A stretch of DNA of 32,000 bases from Bellilinea caldifistulae (GTDB lineage: Bacteria > Chloroflexota > Anaerolineae > Anaerolineales > Anaerolineaceae). The stretch spans positions 150,001-182,000 of the forward strand of contig NZ_LGHJ01000014.1 in assembly GCF_001306055.1 (NCBI RefSeq), written 5' to 3'. A program made the position numbers and the translations under genes. The notes beneath the pieces were generated by a model that did not search any database, had not been told where the DNA came from, and worked only from the letters and a program-made list of their open reading frames with translations. Every line of letters begins with the position of its first letter. The stretch's first letter is position 1. Below, one piece after another: positions 1 through 7,630 of the stretch.

Positions 1-857
1 TTGAGGACGGTGACGCCCTGCAGCTCGGCAATCCGGTTGAGGTTGTAGTCGTTGGTCAGAATCGGGCAGCGTAACTGGCGGGCAAGGATGACCAGTTTGT
101 CGTCCACGTCTCGTACGCCTTCGACATCAATGTCCGAGATGCGCACCGGAATAATCGGTTCTTTTTGCAACTGGGCGAGAACTTCCATGCCGCGTCTTCC
201 ACGTTGGCGCCGCAGGCTGTCGGGTGAATCGGCGATGTATTGCAGCTCGTTCAGCACAAAGCGCGGAATCAGCAAAGAGCCCGGCAAAAATCCTGTGCGG
301 GCAATATCGGCAATCCGGCCGTCAATGATCACGCTGGTATCCAGCAAAATGGTGCGCGATTCGGCCCAATTTGCCGCGCTTTCTGCTCCGGCCGCGGCTG
401 CGCCGGCGGGTTGAGTTTTGGAGATGTTGCCCCAAAGCGCAAACAGGTCATTCTGGCGCATGACGAAAACCGAAACGCCGAGATAACCGAAGAAAACCAC
501 CCCGATGAAGGGAAGAATTTCTCCAAACGGGGAGGGCAGGCGCGAGAGGGGAAATGCCAGCAGGACAGCGATGATCAGGCCGGCGATCAGGCCAAACAGA
601 GCTGCAAAAAGGGTCTGGGCAGAAACGCGAGTTAACAGGCTGCGAATTGCCCGCATGGGACGGATGGTGATGAATGGCGTCAAAATCAAGCCGATCAATG
701 CGCCAACCAGCCCCAGCGTGAAAGCATACTCCTCTACCGAAAAGGTGGAGGATGCGCCGCCGGCTGTTGCAATTTGCCCTAATTGCGCTCCCCACATTAC
801 ACCAATGATTGCAAAAACGACCATGCCGATCAGGCGAAAAATAAATTCAATACTCAT
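1..857 (-). CDS. PIN/TRAM-type membrane protein (YacL-like), 3' end cut by the window edge
   Basis: Absent from the ORF track because it runs off the window. Read on the reverse strand from the ATG at 857 (cat at 855-857), which is preceded by AAGGAG. The N-terminus [28 protein letters not shown]... is hydrophobic. The reading ends at the window edge with ...[28 protein letters not shown], which matches the PIN-domain C-terminal motif of YacL-type proteins. Confidence 0.8.
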   Translation of the reverse strand, partial: [285 protein letters not shown]

Positions 858-907
858 GAATAACTCCTTGGGATGAGTGCAAAAGGTGGTGAGAATTGTT
901 AAGGTGC

Positions 908-940
908 AGAATAAATAATAAAACGAGAATAAATAATAAA
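908..940. repeat. Tandem direct repeat, 2 x AGAATAAATAATAAA with 18-nt period, in an AT-rich divergent promoter region
   Basis: Identical 15-mers at 908-922 and 926-940, separated by ACG. They are followed by more A/T-rich sequence containing a degenerate third copy (AAATGAATAATGA). The element lies between the divergently transcribed PIN gene and ecfA. Confidence 0.9.
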
Positions 941-1073
941 GCGAAAAAATGAAAAGAAATGAATAATGATTAACTCTATGATAGCATCAGAGTCAGGCGG
1001 AGTCAACGAAAAAAATTCTAATGGTAAACCTGTGGCTGTAATTTGAATCGAGTGTGTTAAAATAACCTGACGA

Positions 1074-2822
1074 ATGACCGCGGCATTGATCGAAATCGAA
1101 GATTTGTGGTACAGCCACCCGGTACGGGGGGGTGAGGCAATCCCAGCCCTTAAGGGCATCAACCTGCGGATTGAAGAGGGGGAATACGTTGCTTTGATCG
1201 GCGCCAACGGCTCTGGCAAGACAACCCTTGCGCGGCATTTGAATGCGCTGTTGTTGCCCGATAGGGGAGTTGTCCGAATTCATGGGATGGACACCCGCGA
1301 AGCCCGCTTTCATCCGCAAATTCGCAGTCTGGTGGGGATGGTATTTCAATCGCCGGAAGACCAGCTGGTGGCCGCCATACTGGAAGAGGATGTTGCCTTT
1401 GGGCCGGAAAATTTAGGATTACCGCCAGCCGAAATTCGCCAGCGGGTGGAAGATGCCCTGGAAATTACCGGCTTGAAGGAGTACCGCCAGCGGCCTCCCC
1501 ATTTGCTTTCGGCCGGACAGATGCAGCGGGCAGCCCTGGCAGGGGTTTTGGCGATGCGCCCGCGCTGTGTCATTTTCGACGAAACCACAGCCATGCTTGA
1601 CCCGGCCGGACGGCACATGGTCCGACGGCTGATGCGCCGTCTGCACGAAGAGGGGCTGACGGTGATCGTCATTTCGCACTTCATGCGCGAAGCGGTGGCA
1701 GCCCAGCGGGTAATTGTTCTGAACAAGGGCGAAATTGCGCTGGACAGCACACCCCAACAAGTGTTCAGCCACCCGGCTGACCTGTGGGCCTTGGGGCTGG
1801 ATCTGCCGCTGGCTGGCAGGCTGGCCATCCAACTGCGGGAAGTGCTGCCCGACCTTCCGCCGAATCTGCTGCGCTCCAACGATCTGATTGCTGCCCTGCC
1901 GCCTCCGCCCTTCCCGGTGAAGGCAGGCGGTGGGAGTGAACCCGACCGCCCGGTGCTGCCGCCGAATGGTTTTATCCGGGTGGACCGGCTAGGGCATACG
2001 TATCTGGCAGATACTCCGCTGGCGTATCAGGCTCTCGAAGAAGTGCGGTTGCATGCTGGTGAGGGAAAGGTGCACGGCCTGATCGGTTCAACCGGCTCTG
2101 GAAAATCCACCCTCTTACAGCACCTGAACGGTTTGCTGTTACCCCAAAAAGGTACGGTGGCGGTTGGGCCATTTGATTTGAACGACCCCACAACCGATTT
2201 GAAGGCTGTCCGCCAGTTTGCCGGTCTGGTTTTCCAGAATCCGGATTATCAGTTATTTGAACAATATGTGGGGGATGAGATTGCCTATGCACCTCGTTTG
2301 AAGGGTGAGCATGATTCGCTGCGGGAAACCGTGCGCATGGCCATGGAAATGGTCGGTCTGGATTTTGAATCCTTCAAAGACCGGCTCACCTTTACGCTGA
2401 GCGGAGGAGAACGCCGTAAAGTGGCGCTGGCTTCTTTGATTGCCATGCGTCCGCGGGTGCTGTTGCTGGATGAACCCACCGCCGGGCTCGATCCGCGTTC
2501 GCGCAGCGAAACGCTGCGTTCACTGGAAAATCTGCGCCAGCAGGGCCTGACGCTGGTGCTTTCCTCCCATCATATGGAAGATATTGCTGAATTAAGCAGC
2601 AGTTTGACCGTACTTCATCGCGGCAGAACGCTGCTGGACGGCGCTGCTGAAGAAGTTTATTCCAACGTCAGTCTGCTGGAAGAACACGGGCTTGAAGCCC
2701 CGCTGGTGACCCGGGCGGCGGCTCGCCTAAGGGAACTGGGGTGGGACATTCCTCGCTGCATTTTGCGAATTGGCGACCTGATTGAACATCTGCGCCGCAA
2801 TCTGGAGGCTCCGCATGCATAA
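1074..2822 (+). CDS. ecfA: Fused ECF-transporter ATPase (EcfA-EcfA', two ABC domains)
   Basis: 582 aa. Walker A motifs GANGSGKTT and GSTGSGKST, ABC signatures LSAGQMQR and LSGGERRK. The two domains are joined by a Pro-rich linker (LPPPPFPVKAGGGSEPDRPVLPP). Its stop overlaps the start of the downstream T-component gene. Confidence 0.9.
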   Translation: MTAALIEIEDLWYSHPVRGGEAIPALKGINLRIEEGEYVALIGANGSGKTTLARHLNALLLPDRGVVRIHGMDTREARFHPQIRSLVGMVFQSPEDQLVAAILEEDVAFGPENLGLPPAEIRQRVEDALEITGLKEYRQRPPHLLSAGQMQRAALAGVLAMRPRCVIFDETTAMLDPAGRHMVRRLMRRLHEEGLTVIVISHFMREAVAAQRVIVLNKGEIALDSTPQQVFSHPADLWALGLDLPLAGRLAIQLREVLPDLPPNLLRSNDLIAALPPPPFPVKAGGGSEPDRPVLPPNGFIRVDRLGHTYLADTPLAYQALEEVRLHAGEGKVHGLIGSTGSGKSTLLQHLNGLLLPQKGTVAVGPFDLNDPTTDLKAVRQFAGLVFQNPDYQLFEQYVGDEIAYAPRLKGEHDSLRETVRMAMEMVGLDFESFKDRLTFTLSGGERRKVALASLIAMRPRVLLLDEPTAGLDPRSRSETLRSLENLRQQGLTLVLSSHHMEDIAELSSSLTVLHRGRTLLDGAAEEVYSNVSLLEEHGLEAPLVTRAAARLRELGWDIPRCILRIGDLIEHLRRNLEAPHA

Positions 2823-3642
2823 TTTTGAATTTTTGCGGATGGTCAACATCGGGCAATATCTGCCGCTGAATTCGCTCCTTCACCGCCTGGATGCCCGGGC
2901 GCGGATCATCCTGTATCTGGTGATCCTCATGGCGGCGACTTTCACGGCTCAACCTGCCGGTCTGTTCTTGGCTTTATTAATTGTGCTGGTGCTGTTGAGG
3001 ATTGGACGCATCCCGCTGAATTTTGCTTTGCGCGGTTTGTTGCCGCCATTACCCTTTCTTTTGATCCTTGCGGTTTTGCAGGTTTTTGTCTCGATCCGCC
3101 CCCCCAGTGCCTTGCCGCTGTTTGAGTTTGGGATATTGAAAATCTACGCCAGTGGTTTGGTCTCGGCCGGCATGCTGCTCCTGCGGTTTTGTGTGTTAAT
3201 TCTGACGCTTTCCCTCTCATCGTTCACGCTTTCAACTTCCGAGATGATTCACGGGCTGGAATCGCTGCTCTCGCCTTTTTCCCGGCTAGGCCTGCCGACC
3301 CACGATTTGGTGATGGTCTTGCAGGTTACCATCCGGTTCATTCCCTTTTTGGCGATGGCTGCCGAGCGGATAGCCAAAGCACAGGCATCCCGCGGGGCGG
3401 AGTGGGGGGTGAGAAAAGGCAACATTTTTCAACGAGTACGACAGGTTATCCCGTTGATTGTGCCGTTGTTTCTGACCAGTTTACGCCGCGCCGAAACTAT
3501 GGCTCTGGCGATGGACGCGCGGGCTTATGGAAGTACCCCCCAGCGTACTTCCATGTACACCATGCAGTTTCAATTCAAAGACGCAGTCGCCATCATTTTT
3601 GGCGCCGTCAGCGCGACTGCAATCCTGATTTTGGGGATATAG
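2815..3642 (+). CDS. ecfT: ECF transporter transmembrane (T) component
   Basis: The ORF track gives 2782-3642. I prefer the in-frame ATG at 2815 (MHNFEFLRMVNIGQY...) because GGAGG sits at 2804-2808 and the start forms an ATGCATAA overlap with the ecfA stop. The protein is polytopic and carries the two EcfT coupling motifs AQASRGAEW and AMDARAYGS. Confidence 0.88.
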   Translation: MHNFEFLRMVNIGQYLPLNSLLHRLDARARIILYLVILMAATFTAQPAGLFLALLIVLVLLRIGRIPLNFALRGLLPPLPFLLILAVLQVFVSIRPPSALPLFEFGILKIYASGLVSAGMLLLRFCVLILTLSLSSFTLSTSEMIHGLESLLSPFSRLGLPTHDLVMVLQVTIRFIPFLAMAAERIAKAQASRGAEWGVRKGNIFQRVRQVIPLIVPLFLTSLRRAETMALAMDARAYGSTPQRTSMYTMQFQFKDAVAIIFGAVSATAILILGI

Positions 3643-3644
3643 GC

Positions 3645-4202
3645 TTACAGCCTTGCGCCTTTGCGATTACCCACGGCAAACTGCTGCCAGGCAGCTACCA
3701 CAACCAGGGTAATCAATGCCGATACGCCCGCTTCGGGCAATCCGTTGGCAATTGCAATGGGCAGCAAAGCCGCAAACGGCAAAAAGCCAAGTATCCCGAT
3801 CATGCCCAGCACCAGGATAGTATTGGTCAGGCTACCGGCAATACCCGCAAGAATCAGCGCTGGGACCGTCCATTTCCGCAAAGATTGCCAGACCAGCCAA
3901 GCAACCGGGCCGATGAACAGGCGCGGCAAGACGGAAAGAAGCGGATTGGTAAACCAGACATCCGCCGGGCCGGTTGGTGCTACGGCTGCTTGAATCAGGC
4001 TGAAGATGCCGAAAATCAAGCCAATGCCCAGGCCGACAATTGGCCCTTCCAGCACTGCGCCGATGATCACAGGAACGTGCATGATGGTCAAAGAAGCTCC
4101 ACTAACCCATGGGATGAAGCCCAGACGGGTCAGTCCCAGGAGAACAGCGATTGCCCCCAATACGCCAGTAATAACAATTTTACGGGTGCGATTTTGTGGC
4201 AT
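3645..4202 (-). CDS. ECF transporter S (substrate-capture) component; substrate unknown, possibly PanT-like
   Basis: 185 aa with about 6 TM helices. The motif LTIMHVPVIIGAVLEGP plus NPLLSVLPRLFIGPVAW is typical of the ECF_trnsprt S-component family. AAGGAG precedes the ATG. The gene is convergent with ecfT, with only 2 nt between the two stop codons. Confidence 0.75.
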   Translation of the reverse strand: MPQNRTRKIVITGVLGAIAVLLGLTRLGFIPWVSGASLTIMHVPVIIGAVLEGPIVGLGIGLIFGIFSLIQAAVAPTGPADVWFTNPLLSVLPRLFIGPVAWLVWQSLRKWTVPALILAGIAGSLTNTILVLGMIGILGFLPFAALLPIAIANGLPEAGVSALITLVVVAAWQQFAVGNRKGARL

Positions 4203-4400
4203 ATTTACTCCTTGTGAGGATGAAATGGTTGGTTTTTGGGGTTTATCTAATTAACCCTGAAGGTTGGGGTAGAGTTTTGCGGTTTGGAATTTGATTTTAA
4301 CATTAAAACCGTTCGAGCGGCGAGTTCCTGATGAGCGGGAATAATTCTCCGCTATAATGGGAGCAGTGCTTGCGATTTTTCCGCATCGTTTGAGGGATTT

Positions 4401-5837
4401 ATGAACCGACCCCTGCGCTGGTATGATTACATTACGATCAATATCTACTGGTTTGCGCTGACCACCCGTTCTCAGACCATTTCACCATTGATCCTGCCAC
4501 TGCTCGTTCAGCAATTCATAGGCGAGCAGGCCAAGGGAGCGGCTTTGGGAAACATCCGCTTATGGGCCTTGATGACTGCGGTACTGGTACAGGCGTTAAT
4601 GGGGATGCTTTCCGACCGGAGCACCCATCCCTGGGGCCGGCGCCGCCCGTTCATTCTGCTGGGTTCGCTGGGTGAGTTGATTGTTTTTGCCCTGCTCGGC
4701 TTTGTGGCGGGGATGGAAGGCATGAGCGGTTATACAGCCATGTTTGCCATCTACGTTTTTTCCATGGTTTCTTCCAACATTGCTCACGCGGCTACCCAGG
4801 GATTGATACCTGATTTGGTGCCGGAGGAAAAACGCGGTCGCTTTTCAGGGGTCAAAGCCCTGCTGGAACTGCCCGTGCCGGTGATTTTTGTTTCATTTGT
4901 CATGGGACGGCTGGTCAGTCAGGGGCAATTGTGGACGGCGTTGATGATTCTGATGGCGGTGTTGGTTATCTGCACGGCGCTGGCGATGTTGGTGCCGGAA
5001 AAGCGTTTGGAGCAGCCACCTTTCCCACTCGACTGGCAGGGATTCTTCCGGCTGACTTTGATGACGGTTGTTTTTACCCTGATCATTCTTGGGATGGGTG
5101 GAGTTGTGCGCTGGTTCTTAAACCTCTCCTTGCCGGAGGGTATTTTTAAGACGGTTGCGACAATTTTCGCCGGAATTCTCTCGATGGGGATTGCCGTGGC
5201 TTTGGGGGTGCTTGCCAGTTTGAGAATTGGGGTGGGTAAAGACATTCGCTATCAGCCCTCGTTCAAGTGGTGGGTGGTCAACCGGCTGGCATTCCTGGTG
5301 GGTTCAACCAATGTGGCAACTTTTCTGGTCTTCTTTTTGCAAGAACGCTTCCCGCAATTTGCAGGTGAAAAAGCGGCCGCGCCCGCGGCCACCATTACCA
5401 TGTTTGTGGGGGTATTTATCCTGCTCACGGCTTTACCGAGCGGTTTTTTAGCCGACCGCTTTGGAAAAAAGATTCTGGTGGCGATTGCCGGTCTGCTGGC
5501 TGCTGGCGGAATAGGTGTGATGCTGTTATTCCCAACACTGATAGCCCTGTATGCAGCCGGTTCACTGGTGGGAGCGGGGGTAGGGCTGTTTTACTCGGCT
5601 AACTGGGCTTTGGGCACGGAAATTGTTCCGCGCGAGCAAGCCGGGCGCTTCCTGGGGCTTTCTAACCTGGCCGGTGCGGGTGCAGGGGCAATTGGGGCAT
5701 ATATTGCCGGCCCAATTGCCGATGCCACCGGCTATACATTGATCATGGCGTTGTACGGTGTTTTGTTTCTCGCCTCAGTTTTGTTTTTGCCATATATTGA
5801 GGAAAAGCGAATTGGCTCATCACCGGTGGGCGGGTAA
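4401..5837 (+). CDS. MFS transporter (GPH/MelB-like motif)
   Basis: 478 aa with about 12 TM helices. The motif SDRSTHPWGRRRPFILLG resembles the D-R-x-x-x-x-G-R-R-R-P loop of glycoside-pentoside-hexuronide-type MFS carriers. Confidence 0.8.
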   Translation: MNRPLRWYDYITINIYWFALTTRSQTISPLILPLLVQQFIGEQAKGAALGNIRLWALMTAVLVQALMGMLSDRSTHPWGRRRPFILLGSLGELIVFALLGFVAGMEGMSGYTAMFAIYVFSMVSSNIAHAATQGLIPDLVPEEKRGRFSGVKALLELPVPVIFVSFVMGRLVSQGQLWTALMILMAVLVICTALAMLVPEKRLEQPPFPLDWQGFFRLTLMTVVFTLIILGMGGVVRWFLNLSLPEGIFKTVATIFAGILSMGIAVALGVLASLRIGVGKDIRYQPSFKWWVVNRLAFLVGSTNVATFLVFFLQERFPQFAGEKAAAPAATITMFVGVFILLTALPSGFLADRFGKKILVAIAGLLAAGGIGVMLLFPTLIALYAAGSLVGAGVGLFYSANWALGTEIVPREQAGRFLGLSNLAGAGAGAIGAYIAGPIADATGYTLIMALYGVLFLASVLFLPYIEEKRIGSSPVGG

Positions 5838-5865
5838 CCTTTTGCCGGTCTAATCCGTCTAAAAG
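5834..5865 (+). promoter_or_regulatory. Predicted ECF-sigma-dependent promoter of the sigma/anti-sigma operon (autoregulatory)
   Basis: GTAACCTTTTGccggtctaatcCGTCTAAAAG has AAC-N17-CGT geometry and lies about 15 nt upstream of the GTG start at 5881. It is a near-duplicate of the motif at 6728-6757. Confidence 0.6.
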
Positions 5866-5880
5866 TGAGGAAACCAGCGC

Positions 5881-6477
5881 GTGAATGAAGTGGAAATACT
5901 CCGTGGCTTGAAATCGGATCAACCTCAGGCGGCCCTGAGCCTGCTCTTTGAACAGTATGCCGACCGGGTTTACCATCTTGCGCTTGGTCTGCTTGGAAAT
6001 GAAGATGACGCCGAAGATGTCGTTCAGGATACTTTTCTCTCCGTATTTCGCAACCGCTTTCAGTTCGAGGGCCGGTCTTCAGCGGGCACCTGGCTTTACC
6101 GAATTGCCTATAATCTGAGTCTGGACCGGTTGCGGACAAAACAAACCCTGCCGCTGCCAGAAGAGGAGGGTGCGGATGACGAGGATCATCCTGCGCCTTT
6201 GCCGCGCGAATTTGTGGAGTGGCGCTGGCTGCCGGAGTATTTGATTCAGAATCAGGAACAGCGCAAGGCATTGGATGAGGCCATCCATTCCCTCTCGCCG
6301 GCTTTGCGGGCGGTGTTTTTACTGCGGGATGTGGAGGAACTGTCCACCGAGGAAACTGCGGCGGTGCTTTCAATTTCGGCTTCGGCAGTCAAGGTGCGCC
6401 TGCACCGCGCCCGGCTGGAATTGCGCGAAAAGTTGGCGGCTTTTTTTGCGGCTCAGGAGAAAGGAGCAGTGCAATGA
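5881..6477 (+). CDS. RNA polymerase ECF-type sigma-70 family factor
   Basis: 198 aa with a GTG start preceded by GAGGAA. Region 2 reads DDAEDVVQDTFLSVFRN...WLYRIAYNLSLDRLR. Region 4 reads LSPALRAVFLLRDVEELSTEETAAVLSISASAVKVRLHRARLELREKL. Confidence 0.92.
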   Translation: MNEVEILRGLKSDQPQAALSLLFEQYADRVYHLALGLLGNEDDAEDVVQDTFLSVFRNRFQFEGRSSAGTWLYRIAYNLSLDRLRTKQTLPLPEEEGADDEDHPAPLPREFVEWRWLPEYLIQNQEQRKALDEAIHSLSPALRAVFLLRDVEELSTEETAAVLSISASAVKVRLHRARLELREKLAAFFAAQEKGAVQ

Positions 6478-6731
6478 ATTGCGAGGAGTTAATCCGTTAT
6501 TTGTCGGATTATATTGACAACAATCTCAACGAAGACCTGCGTGCGGATGCGGAAGAACATCTGCGCACCTGCCATAATTGCCATGTGGTTCTGGATACCA
6601 CCCGAAAGACCATTCTGATGTATAAGGGCAGCCTCAAAGAGCCGATTCCTGCCCCGCGCCGAGAAGCCTTGTTTGATCGTCTGCTCAAAGCCATTTCAGA
6701 TCGAGAAGATTGCCCTCCCGAAGGAATGTAA
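6474..6731 (+). CDS. Zinc-finger (ZAS, H-x3-C-x2-C) anti-sigma factor, soluble, no TM segment
   Basis: 85 aa. Its ATG overlaps the sigma stop (ATGA at 6474-6477), implying translational coupling. Motif H29-LRT-C33-HN-C36 plus N-terminal C3. There is no hydrophobic segment, so the architecture is RsrA-like. Confidence 0.8.
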   Translation: MNCEELIRYLSDYIDNNLNEDLRADAEEHLRTCHNCHVVLDTTRKTILMYKGSLKEPIPAPRREALFDRLLKAISDREDCPPEGM

Positions 6732-6757
6732 CCTTTTGAGGGCTTCCTCGTCAAAAG
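6728..6757 (+). promoter_or_regulatory. Predicted ECF-sigma-dependent promoter for the DUF2892 and Trx-DUF2892 genes
   Basis: GTAACCTTTTGagggcttcctCGTCAAAAG has AAC-N16-CGT geometry. It overlaps the anti-sigma stop codon and lies about 40 nt upstream of the ATG at 6798. The 11-nt -35 block is identical to that of the site at 5834. Confidence 0.6.
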
Positions 6758-6797
6758 GGTAGAAGTTCAAACGATCATTCTGAAGGAGGAATAAGCC

Positions 6798-6998
6798 ATG
6801 TCTTTCGTAAATGAGTCAACCGTAGATCGGATTATCCGGGTTGTGGCAGGTGTTTTATTGTTAGCCCTTGGATGGGGCGGTGTGGTTACCGGTACGCTGG
6901 GTACTATCTTCAAATTCCTTGGTTTTTTACCGTTGTTGACCGGCCTGATCGGTTGGTGCCCGGCTTACTCCTTATTCAAATTCCGCACGAATTCCTGA
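6798..6998 (+). CDS. DUF2892 (YgaP-type transmembrane domain) small membrane protein
   Basis: 66 aa. VDRIIRVVAGVLLLALGWGG...LGFLPLLTGLIGWCPAYSLF matches the remembered DUF2892 pattern of DR-x-x-R, two TM helices and a C-P-x-Y motif. A strong AGGAGG RBS sits at 6784-6789. Confidence 0.8.
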   Translation: MSFVNESTVDRIIRVVAGVLLLALGWGGVVTGTLGTIFKFLGFLPLLTGLIGWCPAYSLFKFRTNS

Positions 6999-7013
6999 AT
7001 TAATTCCAATCCC

Positions 7014-7082
7014 ATCGGCTGCTGGCTGAGAGACTTCTGGGTTGGGCATCACCCAACGCGGAGCGTTCAACCAGCAGCCGGT
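7014..7082 (+). other. Intercistronic structured element (long-range 10-bp GC stem enclosing an inner hairpin)
   Basis: CGGCTGCTGG (7016-7025) pairs perfectly with CCAGCAGCCG (7071-7080). Inner hairpin GTTGGG (7041-7046) / CCCAAC (7052-7057) with loop CATCA. No U-run follows on the plus strand. Confidence 0.5.
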
Positions 7083-7111
7083 TGCTGAATCAGACCCTGT
7101 AAGGACTTTCA

Positions 7112-7630
7112 ATGACACCCGAACAATTTGAACAAAAAGTGGCTTCTGCCCGTCAACCGCTGGTGGTGGAATTTTGGGCGCCCTGGTGCGGTCCGTGTAA
7201 AGTCATGAACCCAATTTTGAAGGCTGCCAGTGAAAAGTACCGCGGGCAGGTAGAATTGTTGAAAATCAACGCAGACGAATCCCCTGATCTTTTACGGCAG
7301 TTGAAAGTGTTCAGCATTCCCACCCTGCTGGTGTATCGGGAGGGAAAGGCTGTTTACCGAAAGGTTGGCGCCCAACCAGCCGCTGCGATTGATAATTTGT
7401 TTGCCGATTTGGCCTCCGGTAAAATTATCCAGAAAAGTGGCCCTGCCCCCCTGGATCGTTTTTTGCGATTGGGGGCAGGACTTGTTTTGTTGGGGATTGG
7501 GATAACCAACCAGATGAACATCGGGTTGGTGGTGATGGGGGGAATCGTGATGTTTAGCGCGGTGTATGACCGCTGTCCTATCTACCGGGCGATTTCCAGC
7601 CGGGTGAAGACCCTTTTTGAAAAACCCTAA
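7112..7630 (+). CDS. Thioredoxin fused to a C-terminal DUF2892 membrane domain
   Basis: 172 aa. The active site WCGPC is encoded at 7184-7198, within a thioredoxin fold (VVEFWAPWCGPCKVMNPIL...FSIPTLLVY). The C-terminal LDRFLRLGAGLVLLGIGI...GGIVMFSAVYDRCPIYRAI repeats the DUF2892 pattern, including C-P-x-Y. Confidence 0.85.
   Translation: MTPEQFEQKVASARQPLVVEFWAPWCGPCKVMNPILKAASEKYRGQVELLKINADESPDLLRQLKVFSIPTLLVYREGKAVYRKVGAQPAAAIDNLFADLASGKIIQKSGPAPLDRFLRLGAGLVLLGIGITNQMNIGLVVMGGIVMFSAVYDRCPIYRAISSRVKTLFEKP

Noticed and set aside
3189-4217. 342-aa plus-strand ORF spanning the ecfT 3' end and the whole S-component gene
   Set aside because: It is out of frame with ecfT and antisense to the S component. 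Its composition is biased (Gly/Arg/Gln/Asp/His), and it has no motifs.
4231-4257. On the minus strand upstream of the S-component gene, the hairpin GGGUU-AAUUAGAUA-AACCC followed by an A-rich tail CAAAAACC, superficially preQ1-I-like
   Set aside because: The loop lacks the conserved preQ1-I nucleotides. The tail cannot form the P2 pseudoknot with the loop. The SD lies about 20 nt further downstream and is not sequestered. The S component also does not look like QueT. An Rfam/Infernal scan would be decisive.
4328-4352. CUGAUGA followed by a GCGG...CCGC stem on the plus strand, reminiscent of a hammerhead ribozyme core
   Set aside because: The obligatory GAAA after stem II is missing; the sequence continues UAUAAUGGG. 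No stems I and III with a cleavage-site triplet can be drawn. The TATAAT here is more simply a -10 box for the MFS gene at 4401.
5732-6373. 213-aa minus-strand ORF antisense to the sigma-factor gene; similar cases at 8186-8800 and 24569-25207
   Set aside because: Each lies opposite a gene with unambiguous family motifs, and the translations are Pro/Arg/Gly-rich. There is no independent support.
7024-7080. GCUGAGA inside the 7016-7080 structured element, which recalls the TPP riboswitch core
   Set aside because: The other invariant THI-box parts are absent (GGGGUGC, ACCUGAUCUGGAUAAUGCCAGCG). The downstream gene is a thioredoxin, not a thiamine gene.
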